From the NCBI GenBank assembly GCA_021778115.1, contig JAJYCS010000003.1, positions 13,156 through 77,155 of the forward strand: DNA of 64,000 nucleotides, in the 5' to 3' direction. A program made the translations under genes and the position numbers. Below the pieces are notes generated by a model. That model did not search any database and was not told where the DNA came from. It saw nothing but the letters and a program-made list of their open reading frames with translations. Below are positions 46,574-55,300 of this stretch, one piece after another. How positions within the stretch are numbered: the stretch's first letter is position 1; the number at the start of each line of letters is the position of its first letter. This stretch comes from Deltaproteobacteria bacterium (lineage in GTDB: Bacteria > Desulfobacterota > Desulfuromonadia > Geobacterales > Pseudopelobacteraceae).

Positions 46574-47418
46574 GCTCCGGCAGTCCCCCCTGTCCGGCGA
46601 CACTCCTCAGCATCCGCCCCCTGAGCGGGGATACCTCCCTGTTCACCCTGCAGGTACCGGAGGGGGCTCAAGTGGGAGGGGAACAGCCCTGGCAGTTCGA
46701 ACCGGGACAGTTCCTGCAACTTTCGGTGCCAGGTGCCGGAGAGGCGCCGATCTCCTACTGCGGCGTCCCCACCCCAGACCGGCGGGTCGAGCTCTGCATC
46801 CGCCGGGTCGGCCGGGTCACCACCGCCCTGCACCATGCCCTGCCGGGGGATCAGCTGGCGGTGCGGGGCCCCTTTGGTCGCGGCTTCCCCCTCAGGCACT
46901 ACCTGGGACGGGATATCCTGCTGGTGGCGGGGGGACTCGGCATGGCGCCGCTCCGCGCCCTGCTCCATACCCTCCTCGCAGAACGGCAACGATTCGGCCG
47001 GTTAACCCTCCTGTACGGGGCCAAGGCCCCGGACGCCCTGCTGTTCCGCCATGAGCTAACCGATCTGGCCGGTCGGAAGGATCTGCTCCTGCGCCTGGCG
47101 GTGGACCGGGCCGTGGCCTGCCCGGCGGCGATTCCCTCCTGCCGTGAGGCGCTGCTGCCGGAGCTCCTGGATGGCCTTGCGCTGACGCCGGGGCGCACCT
47201 TCGTCCCGGTCTGCGGGCCACCGTCGCTCTATCGGGCGCTGATACCGCCCCTGCTGGCACGGGGGGTGACGCCGGACCGGATCCACCTCTCCCTGGAACG
47301 CCGGATGCAATGCGGACAAGGGCGTTGTGGCCACTGCGCCGTCGGCAGCCTCCTCTGCTGTACTGAGGGTCCGGTGTTTGCCTACAGCACCCTCCTGGGG
47401 ATCGAGGGGGCGCTGTGA
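46570..47418 (+). CDS. Group 3b hydrogenase gamma subunit (FAD/NAD-binding, 2Fe-2S; HydG/AsrB-like)
   Basis: GEAPIS, RGPFGRGF, AGGLGMAP, CGPP, ERRMQCGQGRCGHC...C.EGPVF. Confidence 0.9.
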   Translation: MSSGSPPCPATLLSIRPLSGDTSLFTLQVPEGAQVGGEQPWQFEPGQFLQLSVPGAGEAPISYCGVPTPDRRVELCIRRVGRVTTALHHALPGDQLAVRGPFGRGFPLRHYLGRDILLVAGGLGMAPLRALLHTLLAERQRFGRLTLLYGAKAPDALLFRHELTDLAGRKDLLLRLAVDRAVACPAAIPSCREALLPELLDGLALTPGRTFVPVCGPPSLYRALIPPLLARGVTPDRIHLSLERRMQCGQGRCGHCAVGSLLCCTEGPVFAYSTLLGIEGAL

Positions 47419-48170
47419 ACCGCCCACGGTTGGCCATAACGGGACTCACCGGCTGTTCCGGCTGCCAGCTCACCCTGCTCAACAGCGAGTCCGACCTCCC
47501 GCTGCTCATGGAGAGGTTCGCCTTCGCGGCGTTCCCCCTGGCCGGTATTCCGTTGCAGCCTGACGGCCGTTATGACGTCGCCCTGGTGGAGGGATGCTGC
47601 AGCACCCCCCATGAGGAGAAACTCCTGCGGGAGCTGCGTCGGAGGAGCCTCCTGCTCATCGCCCTGGGGAGCTGCGCCGCCTGGGGCGGGGTGCCGGCCA
47701 GCTGCAACCCGACCCCCCGATCACGCCTGCAGGGGCTGGTCCATGGCGGCGCTGGGCAAAGGGGAGCGGAGTACCTCCCGCGCCCCGTAGGCAGGGTGGT
47801 GAAGGTGGACGCCACGCTACCCGGCTGCCCGCCTGAACCTGTCGAACTGCTGAGGTTTTTGGGGGATATCCAACGGGGAGTGCCGCCACTGGCCACCACC
47901 GCCCCGGTCTGCAGCGAGTGCCGTATGCTGGAGAACCGCTGTCTGTTGTCGGAAGGAGGAGTTCTCTGTCTCGGGCCGGTTACCCTGGGGGGATGCGGCG
48001 CCCGGTGCCCCGCGCGGGGAGTGGCCTGCGAAGGGTGCCGGGGTCCGGCCCCGGAGGCGAACCTGGCCGAGCTGGACCGCCTCTGCCGTGACCATCGGTT
48101 TGACCGGCAGACGGTTGAGGCTGCATTGCGGCGTTTCTGTGGGGAGTGGGACGATGAGCGGCGTGCGTAA
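47415..48170 (+). CDS. NiFe hydrogenase small (delta) subunit, group 3b
   Basis: GCSGCQ, VEG, GSCA..GG, PGCPP, C..EC, CLGPVT..GCGA.CP...CEGCRG. Confidence 0.9.
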   Translation: MNRPRLAITGLTGCSGCQLTLLNSESDLPLLMERFAFAAFPLAGIPLQPDGRYDVALVEGCCSTPHEEKLLRELRRRSLLLIALGSCAAWGGVPASCNPTPRSRLQGLVHGGAGQRGAEYLPRPVGRVVKVDATLPGCPPEPVELLRFLGDIQRGVPPLATTAPVCSECRMLENRCLLSEGGVLCLGPVTLGGCGARCPARGVACEGCRGPAPEANLAELDRLCRDHRFDRQTVEAALRRFCGEWDDERRA

Positions 48171-49416
48171 GGTAAACCAGATACCACGGGTGGAGGGGCA
48201 TGGACGGATCGAGCTGGAACGGCGCGATGGGCGAATCGTCGGGGCCCGGCTGGTGCTGTACGAACCGGTGCGGCTGTTTGAGGGTCTGCTGCGGGGACGG
48301 CTGGGGGAGGAACTGCCGGAGATCGTCTGCCGGATCTGCTCCATCTGCTCCACCGTACACAAGGTCGCGTCCCTGCGGGCCGTGGAGGGTTGCCTGGGAA
48401 TCGCCGTCAGCCGTCAGACCGACCTGCTCCGGCAGCTGGCGCTGCAGGGGGGGCAGCTGGCAAGCCATGCCCTGCACCTCTCCTGTCTGGCGCTGCCCGA
48501 TTATCGTGGGTGCAGCAGTCTTGTCGATCTCCAGCGCACCGCCCCTAAGGAGCTCCAGCGTGGTCTGGCGTTAAAGGCCTTGGGAAACCGGATACAGGAG
48601 GAGGTGGGTGGCCGGGCGATCCACCCCTTCAATCTGCTTCTGGGGGGGATCGGCAGTCCGCCGGCAGCCGATACGCTTCGACGGCTTGCCGACGAGCTGC
48701 AGAACCTGCTGCCGGCGGCCCGCGCCACCATCGCCCTGGCGACGGAACTGCCTGAGGCGCTTCCGCCCGTGCCGCCGCTGCCGGGGATTGGCGTGTCGGG
48801 AGGTCCATCCCTGGCGGATTACCATATTGTCAGCACGGACGGGAGCCGTATCGCAGCCGGAGAGGTCATGGACTGGCTGGATGAACGGCTGCCGCCGGAA
48901 GGAAACGCCAGGGTGAGCGATTTCACAGGCGCCGGTCCCTACCTGACCGGGCCGCTTGCGCGCATGAACCTCGACCCCCATCTCGAGCCGGAGGCGGCGA
49001 TGCTGCGGCAACACCACCGGGAACGGCTCCTCGGACAGCCCGTCACCGCCTCCCATCTTGCCCGTTCCATAGAGCTGCTGCAGGCCATGGCCCGTGCAAC
49101 GGCGGTGATTGATGAGTTGCTGCAGGAGGAGATGCGGCATGAGCCGGCGGCGCTGCCGACGCGGCGAGGCGGCTCCGCCACCGTCCTGATCGAGGCGCCG
49201 CGGGGGCTTCTGCTGCATCACTACGGATTCGACGATGCAGGGCGCTGCATGGCGGCCCGGGTAATCACCCCGACCGCCATCAACCAAGGGGCCATGGCCG
49301 CCTCCCTGACCGCCCTGGTAGGGATCATCGGGGGCGCCGATGAGACTGAGGTCAGGGGGCTGTCCGAACGGTTGGTCCGCTGCTTCGACCCGTGCATCTC
49401 CTGCGCCGTCCATTGA
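48154..49416 (+). CDS. NiFe hydrogenase large (alpha) subunit, group 3b
   Basis: Start re-called at ATG 48154; RVEGHG, L1 RICSIC, EAPRG.L.HHY, L2 DPCISCAVH at the very C-terminus. Confidence 0.92.
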   Translation: MSGVRKVNQIPRVEGHGRIELERRDGRIVGARLVLYEPVRLFEGLLRGRLGEELPEIVCRICSICSTVHKVASLRAVEGCLGIAVSRQTDLLRQLALQGGQLASHALHLSCLALPDYRGCSSLVDLQRTAPKELQRGLALKALGNRIQEEVGGRAIHPFNLLLGGIGSPPAADTLRRLADELQNLLPAARATIALATELPEALPPVPPLPGIGVSGGPSLADYHIVSTDGSRIAAGEVMDWLDERLPPEGNARVSDFTGAGPYLTGPLARMNLDPHLEPEAAMLRQHHRERLLGQPVTASHLARSIELLQAMARATAVIDELLQEEMRHEPAALPTRRGGSATVLIEAPRGLLLHHYGFDDAGRCMAARVITPTAINQGAMAASLTALVGIIGGADETEVRGLSERLVRCFDPCISCAVH

Positions 49417-49440
49417 AGGCGCGAGGTAGGGGACCGCTGC

Positions 49441-49896
49441 CTACCCAAGCTCCAGGGCCATGGCATTTTCATCGCAGTCCGGAAACTTGGGACACTTGAT
49501 GCAATCCCCCCAGACCTTGTGGGGCAGGGTCGCCTTGTCCACCAGGGCAAAGCCCAGGGTACCGAAAAAGGCCGGTTTATAGGTGAGACAGAAGACCCGT
49601 TTGAGCCCCAGCTGCCGGGCCTCATCGATGCAGGCGTTCACCAGGGCGCTCCCCACCCCCCGGCGTCCAGCGTCCTCAGCCACCGCCACCGAACGGACCT
49701 CTGCCAGATCGTCCCAGACGATATGCAGGGCCGCCGCCCCCAGTATCCGGCCGTCGTCAGCCACCTCCACGTAAAAATCGCGCACCGACTCGTACAGCTC
49801 CGACAGCGAGCGGGAGAGCATCGCCCCCTGGTTGGCGTAGCCGGTCAACAGTCTCTGGATCTCCTTGACATCGCCGATCTGTGCCTTGCGCAGCAT
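49441..49896 (-). CDS. GNAT N-acetyltransferase, short ArgA-like
   Basis: MLSRSLSELYE..RDF, LAEVRSVAV..RRGVG, KVWGDCIKCPKFP.CDE. Confidence 0.85.
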   Translation of the reverse strand: MLRKAQIGDVKEIQRLLTGYANQGAMLSRSLSELYESVRDFYVEVADDGRILGAAALHIVWDDLAEVRSVAVAEDAGRRGVGSALVNACIDEARQLGLKRVFCLTYKPAFFGTLGFALVDKATLPHKVWGDCIKCPKFPDCDENAMALELG

Positions 49897-49984
49897 GGCG
49901 GCTCCTTGGTATGGGGAAGTTTGATGGTGGTAGTGTAGCAGAGATGAGGGGCGGGTTACAGCTGGAAATCAGACCGGCCGACGG

Positions 49985-50725
49985 TTACGGGATCCGGCCT
50001 ATCAGGCGCAGCAGCCCCTCCAGGATGGTGGCCGGATGGGGGGGGCAGCCGGGGATATACAGGTCCACCGGCAGCAGACCGTCAACGCCGTCCGACTGCT
50101 CCGGCTCGCCGCGGAACAGGCCGCCGCTGATGGCGCAGGCGCCGCAGGCCACCACAATCTTGGGCGCCGGGATCGCCGCATAGGTGTCAAGAAGGGCCTG
50201 CCGCATGTTGTGGGTGACCGGTCCGGTAACCCACAGACCATCGGCGTGGCGGGGGGAGGCCACGAACTGGATACCGAACCGCCCCAGGTCCCAGCCGATG
50301 GTGGAGAGCACGTTGGTGTCCGCCTCGCAGGCGTTGCAACCGCCCGCGCTCACCTCACGGAACTTGAGGGAACGGCCCAGGAGTCCCAGGAGCTGGGCGG
50401 AAAGACGCTCGGCGTGATGGCGCTGGGCGTCGGGATGCAGCACCAGGTCATCCCGCTGGGAGACCGCCAGCTGGAAGTCGGTGGAGAAGCTAACCGCCGG
50501 GACCGGACAGTCGGCGCAGAAGAGGCAGCGCCCCAGGTCGAGGCTGCCGCCGGCAACAGGGTCGTAGGCCCCATAGGGGCATCCCTCTTCGGCTCCGGTG
50601 ACGCCGGCGGTCGCCAGGGCGAGGCGGGGATACCCACGCAGCCGATCCGGCATGGCAGGCTGTTCCTTCGGGTACGGCATGGTACGATGGCCCTGTCTGA
50701 TGCGGGCGAGAATGGCACGGATCAT
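49985..50725 (-). CDS. ehrS: Ehr small subunit (ferredoxin + NuoB/HycG-like)
   Basis: Start re-called at ATG 50725; CPYGA, CLFCADC, GGCNACE, SPRHAD, GACAISGG, PGCPP. Confidence 0.85.
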   Translation of the reverse strand: MIRAILARIRQGHRTMPYPKEQPAMPDRLRGYPRLALATAGVTGAEEGCPYGAYDPVAGGSLDLGRCLFCADCPVPAVSFSTDFQLAVSQRDDLVLHPDAQRHHAERLSAQLLGLLGRSLKFREVSAGGCNACEADTNVLSTIGWDLGRFGIQFVASPRHADGLWVTGPVTHNMRQALLDTYAAIPAPKIVVACGACAISGGLFRGEPEQSDGVDGLLPVDLYIPGCPPHPATILEGLLRLIGRIP

Positions 50726-50747
50726 GGCGTCACACCTTGGATGCGCA

Positions 50748-52268
50748 CTACAGGTCAACCCCACAGTACGACAGGTTGAAGCTCTTGTTGCAGAGCGGGA
50801 AATCTGATATCTGCTGCCCTCGCAGCGCCATAGCCAGTCCCTGCCAGTTGTGGAAGGAGGGATCCACGATCTTGTAACGGGCAAAACGACCATCGGCATC
50901 GGTTAACGCGACGTGACAGACCTCACCGCGCCACCCTTCAGTGAGGGCCACCGCCAGGTGATGCGCCGGCGGCGGGGCAAGCTCGCCGCGGTGAGTGCCG
51001 GCCGGGATCTGCTGCAGCTGCTCTTCCACAAAGTCCAGAGATTTTTCCGCCTCCTGCCACCGTACCGTGGCACGTGCGCAGACATCGCCGTGGAAGCCGG
51101 TGGCCACCGGCAGGTGCGTCATCCGATAGATGCCGAAGGGGTGATCGATCCGTACGTCACGCTTGATCCCGCTTGCCCTGGCCGCAGGTCCCACCAGCCC
51201 CAGTTCCAGGGCCAGTTCCCGTTCCACCTGGCCGATCCCCTCCAGCCGGGCCATGACCGACGGGGTGTTGCGCATCAGCTCCACCGCGTCGGTCAGGTCG
51301 CGCCGTACCGCCCGCAGACGGTCCAGCAGATCGCCGCACTGGTCGGGGGTAAGGTCAAACCGCGTGCCGCCGGGCGCCAGCAGCCCCCGGCCGAACCGGC
51401 TGCCGCAGAGTACCGCCGTCATATTGAGGATATCACCCCGAATCCTGCCGCAAAACGACGAGGTGGGGAGGTAACCGACATCACCGGCAATGGCCCCCAG
51501 GTCGCCGGTATGGTTGGCCAACCGTTCCAGCTCCAGCGCTATCCCCCGCAGCACCTGGGGCCGGGGGGCAACCTTGGCCTGCCCCAACGCCTCCATGACC
51601 ATGCAATGGGCCAGCCCATGACCGATGGTAGTATCGCCGGCCACCACCTCCATCAGGGCCATGACGCGGGTATCGTGGCCGCCGACGAGACGCCGCTCGA
51701 TGCCGCGATGCTGGAACCCTAGGGATATCTCAAGGTGGAACACCTCTTCGCCGTGGCACTGAAACCGGAAGTGCCCCGGCTCGATGATCCCGGCGTGGAC
51801 CGGCCCCACCGCCACCTCGTGCACCTCGTCCCCCGCCACCTGGAAAAACTCCATCACCCCCACCGTCAGCGGGTCGTCCGCCGGCCGCTGCCAGGCGTCA
51901 CGGCCCGGCGCCCAGGAACGGTGGAAGCGGAGCGGCTTGAACCAGGGGTGGCCGTCAACGACAAGGCCGCACTGCTCGGCGATCTCCCGTTCGAACAGGT
52001 GCAGCTGGGGACAGGCCGGGGTCAGGGATGGCAGCCGCTCGTCCTGGCAGACCGTGCGCAGGGCCGCCAGTCGGCTCGTCGTTCCCTCGGCCAGCAGGCA
52101 GTAGAGGGGTGTGGCAGCGGCGTCAGGCAGACCGAAGTAGGCGATCACCCGCCAACCATGACCGGTGGCGTCCAGGATCGTCTCCAGAAACCGATCCAGG
52201 GACAGTTCGGGAACCTCGGCCAGGGGGACCGATGAGCCGTTGTACAGGGTACGGGCCGCAGCGATCAT
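50748..52268 (-). CDS. ehrL: Ehr large subunit (NuoC/D-HycE-like, no NiFe ligands)
   Basis: GPVHAGIIEPGHFRF, LGFQHRG.E, EGWRGE, DPSF.NW; no RxCxxC or DPCxxC. Confidence 0.88.
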   Translation of the reverse strand: MIAAARTLYNGSSVPLAEVPELSLDRFLETILDATGHGWRVIAYFGLPDAAATPLYCLLAEGTTSRLAALRTVCQDERLPSLTPACPQLHLFEREIAEQCGLVVDGHPWFKPLRFHRSWAPGRDAWQRPADDPLTVGVMEFFQVAGDEVHEVAVGPVHAGIIEPGHFRFQCHGEEVFHLEISLGFQHRGIERRLVGGHDTRVMALMEVVAGDTTIGHGLAHCMVMEALGQAKVAPRPQVLRGIALELERLANHTGDLGAIAGDVGYLPTSSFCGRIRGDILNMTAVLCGSRFGRGLLAPGGTRFDLTPDQCGDLLDRLRAVRRDLTDAVELMRNTPSVMARLEGIGQVERELALELGLVGPAARASGIKRDVRIDHPFGIYRMTHLPVATGFHGDVCARATVRWQEAEKSLDFVEEQLQQIPAGTHRGELAPPPAHHLAVALTEGWRGEVCHVALTDADGRFARYKIVDPSFHNWQGLAMALRGQQISDFPLCNKSFNLSYCGVDL

Positions 52269-53704
52269 GACGGCACCCCCAGCAGGGCGGCCCCGTTTTT
52301 AAGAAGCGTCAACAGCGGTGCCGGGGGCCAGACCCCCAGCACCAGGATGATCGCCATGGTCACCAGGGGGGGACAGACCATCAGCAGGCTGTCCCGGTAC
52401 CCCGATGGGGTGGCCTCCTCCGGCGGAGCGCCCATCACCATCGGGAGCACCGTCAGGGCCATGCCGATAAAGACGATGGTCAGGAACAGGAGCAGCAGCC
52501 CGGCCACCAGATACCGCCCGTCGACAAAGGCGCTGCTGACGATGGTGTACTCGCTGATGAACGGGGCAAAGGGAGGAGATCCGGTGATGGCGATAAAGCC
52601 GGCGAGGAAGAGGCCGCCGGACCAGGGGAGACGGGTCAGCGCCCCCCTGACCACCTCGGTGGTCTTGTTGCCGTAGGAGCGGTGGATATTGCCGGAGGTG
52701 AGAAACAGCACCCCCTTGGTGAGACCGTTGTTCAGCAGATGGAAGAGGGCCCCAAACAGGGCCCCGTTGCCGAGGCCGAGTCCGATGGCCAGGATACCTA
52801 CGTGTTCGACGCTGGAGTAGGCCAGCATCCGCTTGAAATCGGCCTGCCGGGCCATAAAGACCGCGGCAAAGGCCATGGAGAGCAGCCCCATCCCCACCAA
52901 GGCCTGCTGAAAGAACCGCAGCTCAGTGCTGCCGGAGGCGAGACAGACCTGGTAGACCCGCAGGATCGCCAGAAAGGCGCAGTTCACCAAGCCCCCGGCC
53001 AAAAGGGCCCCCACCATGCCGGGGGCCTCGCCATAGGCATCCGGCTTCCAGGTGTGCAGCGGCGCCAGCCCCATCTTGGAGCCGTACCCCACCAGCAGGA
53101 AGATCACCGCAGCGTGGAGCCAGCCGGGGTTCAGACCTCGGGCGGTGGCGAGGAGGGCGCTGAGCAGCAGGGTGGCATCCTGCTGGGCCAGGTAGGTGGA
53201 ATAGGCGAGAAAAAGCAGGCCCAGCAAGGCCAGAGCGATCCCCACCGAGCAGATCAGCAGGTACTTCCAGGTGGCCTCGATGGAGCGGGCGTTTTTGTTA
53301 AAGTAGATGAGTGGCGCCATGGAGACCGTGGTGGTCTCCAGAGCGACCCACAAGAGCCCCAGGTGCTGGCTCACGGTCACCAGACCCATGGCGGCCAGGC
53401 AGACCAGGAGCCCCATGCAGAGAACCCGGTTGGACCGTTCCTGACGGTAGGCCAGATAACCCACCGCATAGAAGGCGCAGACCGTGAACAGGAGGCTGAT
53501 GCAGAGGAGCACCAGCCCCCCCAGGGGATCGAGCCAGATCCAGCCGTTGAGGGAGGCGGGCGGCGGATCGGCCAGCAGGAGTACCGTCAGCCCCAGATGC
53601 AGGGTGGCAATAACCGGCAACACCAGGGGGCGGCGACGGTTGTCGGGTATCACCCAGGCGGCCAGTGCGCCCAGGAGGGGGATCAGCAGCAGGGCCGTGA
53701 TCAT
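52265..53704 (-). CDS. ehrD: Ehr/HyfF-like proton-translocating membrane subunit
   Basis: Start re-called at ATG 53704; LWVALE.TT, GYGSKMGLAPLHTWKPDAY, KRMLAYSS.EH. Confidence 0.85.
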   Translation of the reverse strand: MITALLLIPLLGALAAWVIPDNRRRPLVLPVIATLHLGLTVLLLADPPPASLNGWIWLDPLGGLVLLCISLLFTVCAFYAVGYLAYRQERSNRVLCMGLLVCLAAMGLVTVSQHLGLLWVALETTTVSMAPLIYFNKNARSIEATWKYLLICSVGIALALLGLLFLAYSTYLAQQDATLLLSALLATARGLNPGWLHAAVIFLLVGYGSKMGLAPLHTWKPDAYGEAPGMVGALLAGGLVNCAFLAILRVYQVCLASGSTELRFFQQALVGMGLLSMAFAAVFMARQADFKRMLAYSSVEHVGILAIGLGLGNGALFGALFHLLNNGLTKGVLFLTSGNIHRSYGNKTTEVVRGALTRLPWSGGLFLAGFIAITGSPPFAPFISEYTIVSSAFVDGRYLVAGLLLLFLTIVFIGMALTVLPMVMGAPPEEATPSGYRDSLLMVCPPLVTMAIILVLGVWPPAPLLTLLKNGAALLGVPS

Positions 53705-53708
53705 GCGG

Positions 53709-54350
53709 TCATTCCTCCTTGAGTGCCCGCAGACGGGAGGTATCGATGGTGGAAAACTCCTGGCTGATCTGGTTGATGACGATCCCCATGACGAAGATCC
53801 CCACCAGGAGGTCCAGGAGCGCACCGGCCTCCACCATGAACGGCATCGCCTCGGTCAGCAGCAGACCGAAGACGAAGATGCCGTTCTCCAGCACCAGGTA
53901 GCCGATGACCTGTGAGATCGCCTTGCGCCGGGTGGTCAGGATCAGAAACCCGGTGAGGAGGGTGGCGATGGAGGCCGGCACCACCAGCAGGCTCCTGTGT
54001 TCCGGCGCCAAGGGGAGCCTGGCGGCAAAGACAAAGGCCAGGGCGGTGCAGACCGCGCCGAGGAACAGGGTGGGCAGGTAGCCGATGAACGGTTCCACCT
54101 CACGCCGGATATGGGCCTTGTGCACCGCATCGCCGATCAGGTAGGGGATGACGATCCCCTTGGCCAGGATGATGCTGGCGGTGATCGCAACCAGATGGAA
54201 CGACAGAGGGTGTACCAGGCTGGGGAGGATCCCCAGGATCACCCCCTGGGCCGCCACCGCCCGGATGGAGAAGATCAGCCGGCTTGAGCCGAGCATGACC
54301 AGATTGATCAGCATCACCAGCACCAACAGTTGATCGGCCAGGGAATTCAT
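53709..54350 (-). CDS. ehrC: HyfE-like membrane subunit
   Basis: 213 aa, multi-TM, QVIGYLVLENGI. Confidence 0.85.
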   Translation of the reverse strand: MNSLADQLLVLVMLINLVMLGSSRLIFSIRAVAAQGVILGILPSLVHPLSFHLVAITASIILAKGIVIPYLIGDAVHKAHIRREVEPFIGYLPTLFLGAVCTALAFVFAARLPLAPEHRSLLVVPASIATLLTGFLILTTRRKAISQVIGYLVLENGIFVFGLLLTEAMPFMVEAGALLDLLVGIFVMGIVINQISQEFSTIDTSRLRALKEE

Positions 54351-54354
54351 GAGG

Positions 54355-55263
54355 TCACCTCAGGACCAGCAACATGGCAAAGGCAGAGAGGATGGTGGCC
54401 CCCACCAGCAGTTGGGGGATCCTCACCAGCCTGAGCCGGGCCATCACCGACTCCACCACGCCGATGGCCACGGCAAGCGCTGCCATGGAGGCCAGGAAGA
54501 GGCCCCAATCGGCAAGGTCCGAACCGGTGCTGACCGGCAGGGCGATGGCGGTGAACAGCGCCCCCAGCACCAGCAGTTTCAGGGCCGCACCGTACAGGAT
54601 CAGGCCAAAGGCCGGGCCGCTGTGATCCAGCACCATCACCTCATGGATCATGGTCAGCTCCAGGTGGGTGGTGGGGTCATCAAAGGGGATACGGCAGTTC
54701 TCGGCCAAGAGGACGATGAACAGGGCCGCCACCAGCAGCAGCATGCTGGCGCCGGTGGCGCGCCACAGGGCCGGGGTCGGATAGGTGAGGATGGTGGACA
54801 GCCGCAGCGAACCGCTGATCCGGGCCAGGGTGATGAGGGCCACGAACAGGGTCGGCTCGGCCAGACAGGAAAAGGTGACCTCACGGGCGGCCCCCATCCC
54901 CTCGAAGCTTGAGCCGGTATCCAGGGCGGCGCTGGCGGTAAAGAACCGGGCCAGGCCGAACAGGTAGGCGAACAGGATCAGATCGCCGTCAAAGGAGATC
55001 AGGGCAGGGTGACGTCCCAGGGGGACCAGCAGCGAGGCGGTGAGGATGGCGGCCAGGGTCACCAGGGGACCGGCCCTGAACAGCCAGGTGGTGGTGGTGC
55101 TGAATACCGAACCTTTGCGCAACAACTTGAGGATATCGTAATACGGCTGCAGAAGCGGCGCCCCGACCCGTCCGGCAAAGGCCGCCTTGGTCTTGGTGAT
55201 GATGCCGATCAGCAGCGGCGGCAGCAGGAGTACCACGAGGCAATGGATGATGCCGTCAATCAT
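54355..55263 (-). CDS. ehrB: NuoH/HyfC-like membrane subunit
   Basis: GRVGAPLLQPYYDILKL, GSSFEGMGAARE, RIPFDDP.THLELTMIHE. Confidence 0.88.
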   Translation of the reverse strand: MIDGIIHCLVVLLLPPLLIGIITKTKAAFAGRVGAPLLQPYYDILKLLRKGSVFSTTTTWLFRAGPLVTLAAILTASLLVPLGRHPALISFDGDLILFAYLFGLARFFTASAALDTGSSFEGMGAAREVTFSCLAEPTLFVALITLARISGSLRLSTILTYPTPALWRATGASMLLLVAALFIVLLAENCRIPFDDPTTHLELTMIHEVMVLDHSGPAFGLILYGAALKLLVLGALFTAIALPVSTGSDLADWGLFLASMAALAVAIGVVESVMARLRLVRIPQLLVGATILSAFAMLLVLR

Positions 55264-55300
55264 TGAACGATCCTCTCGTCAGCCATCAGGCCACCCTGGC

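Noticed and set aside
50748-52268. Calling this a formate hydrogenlyase / group 4 NiFe hydrogenase large subunit
   Set aside because: Both Ni-binding CxxC motifs are absent, so it is annotated as EhrL
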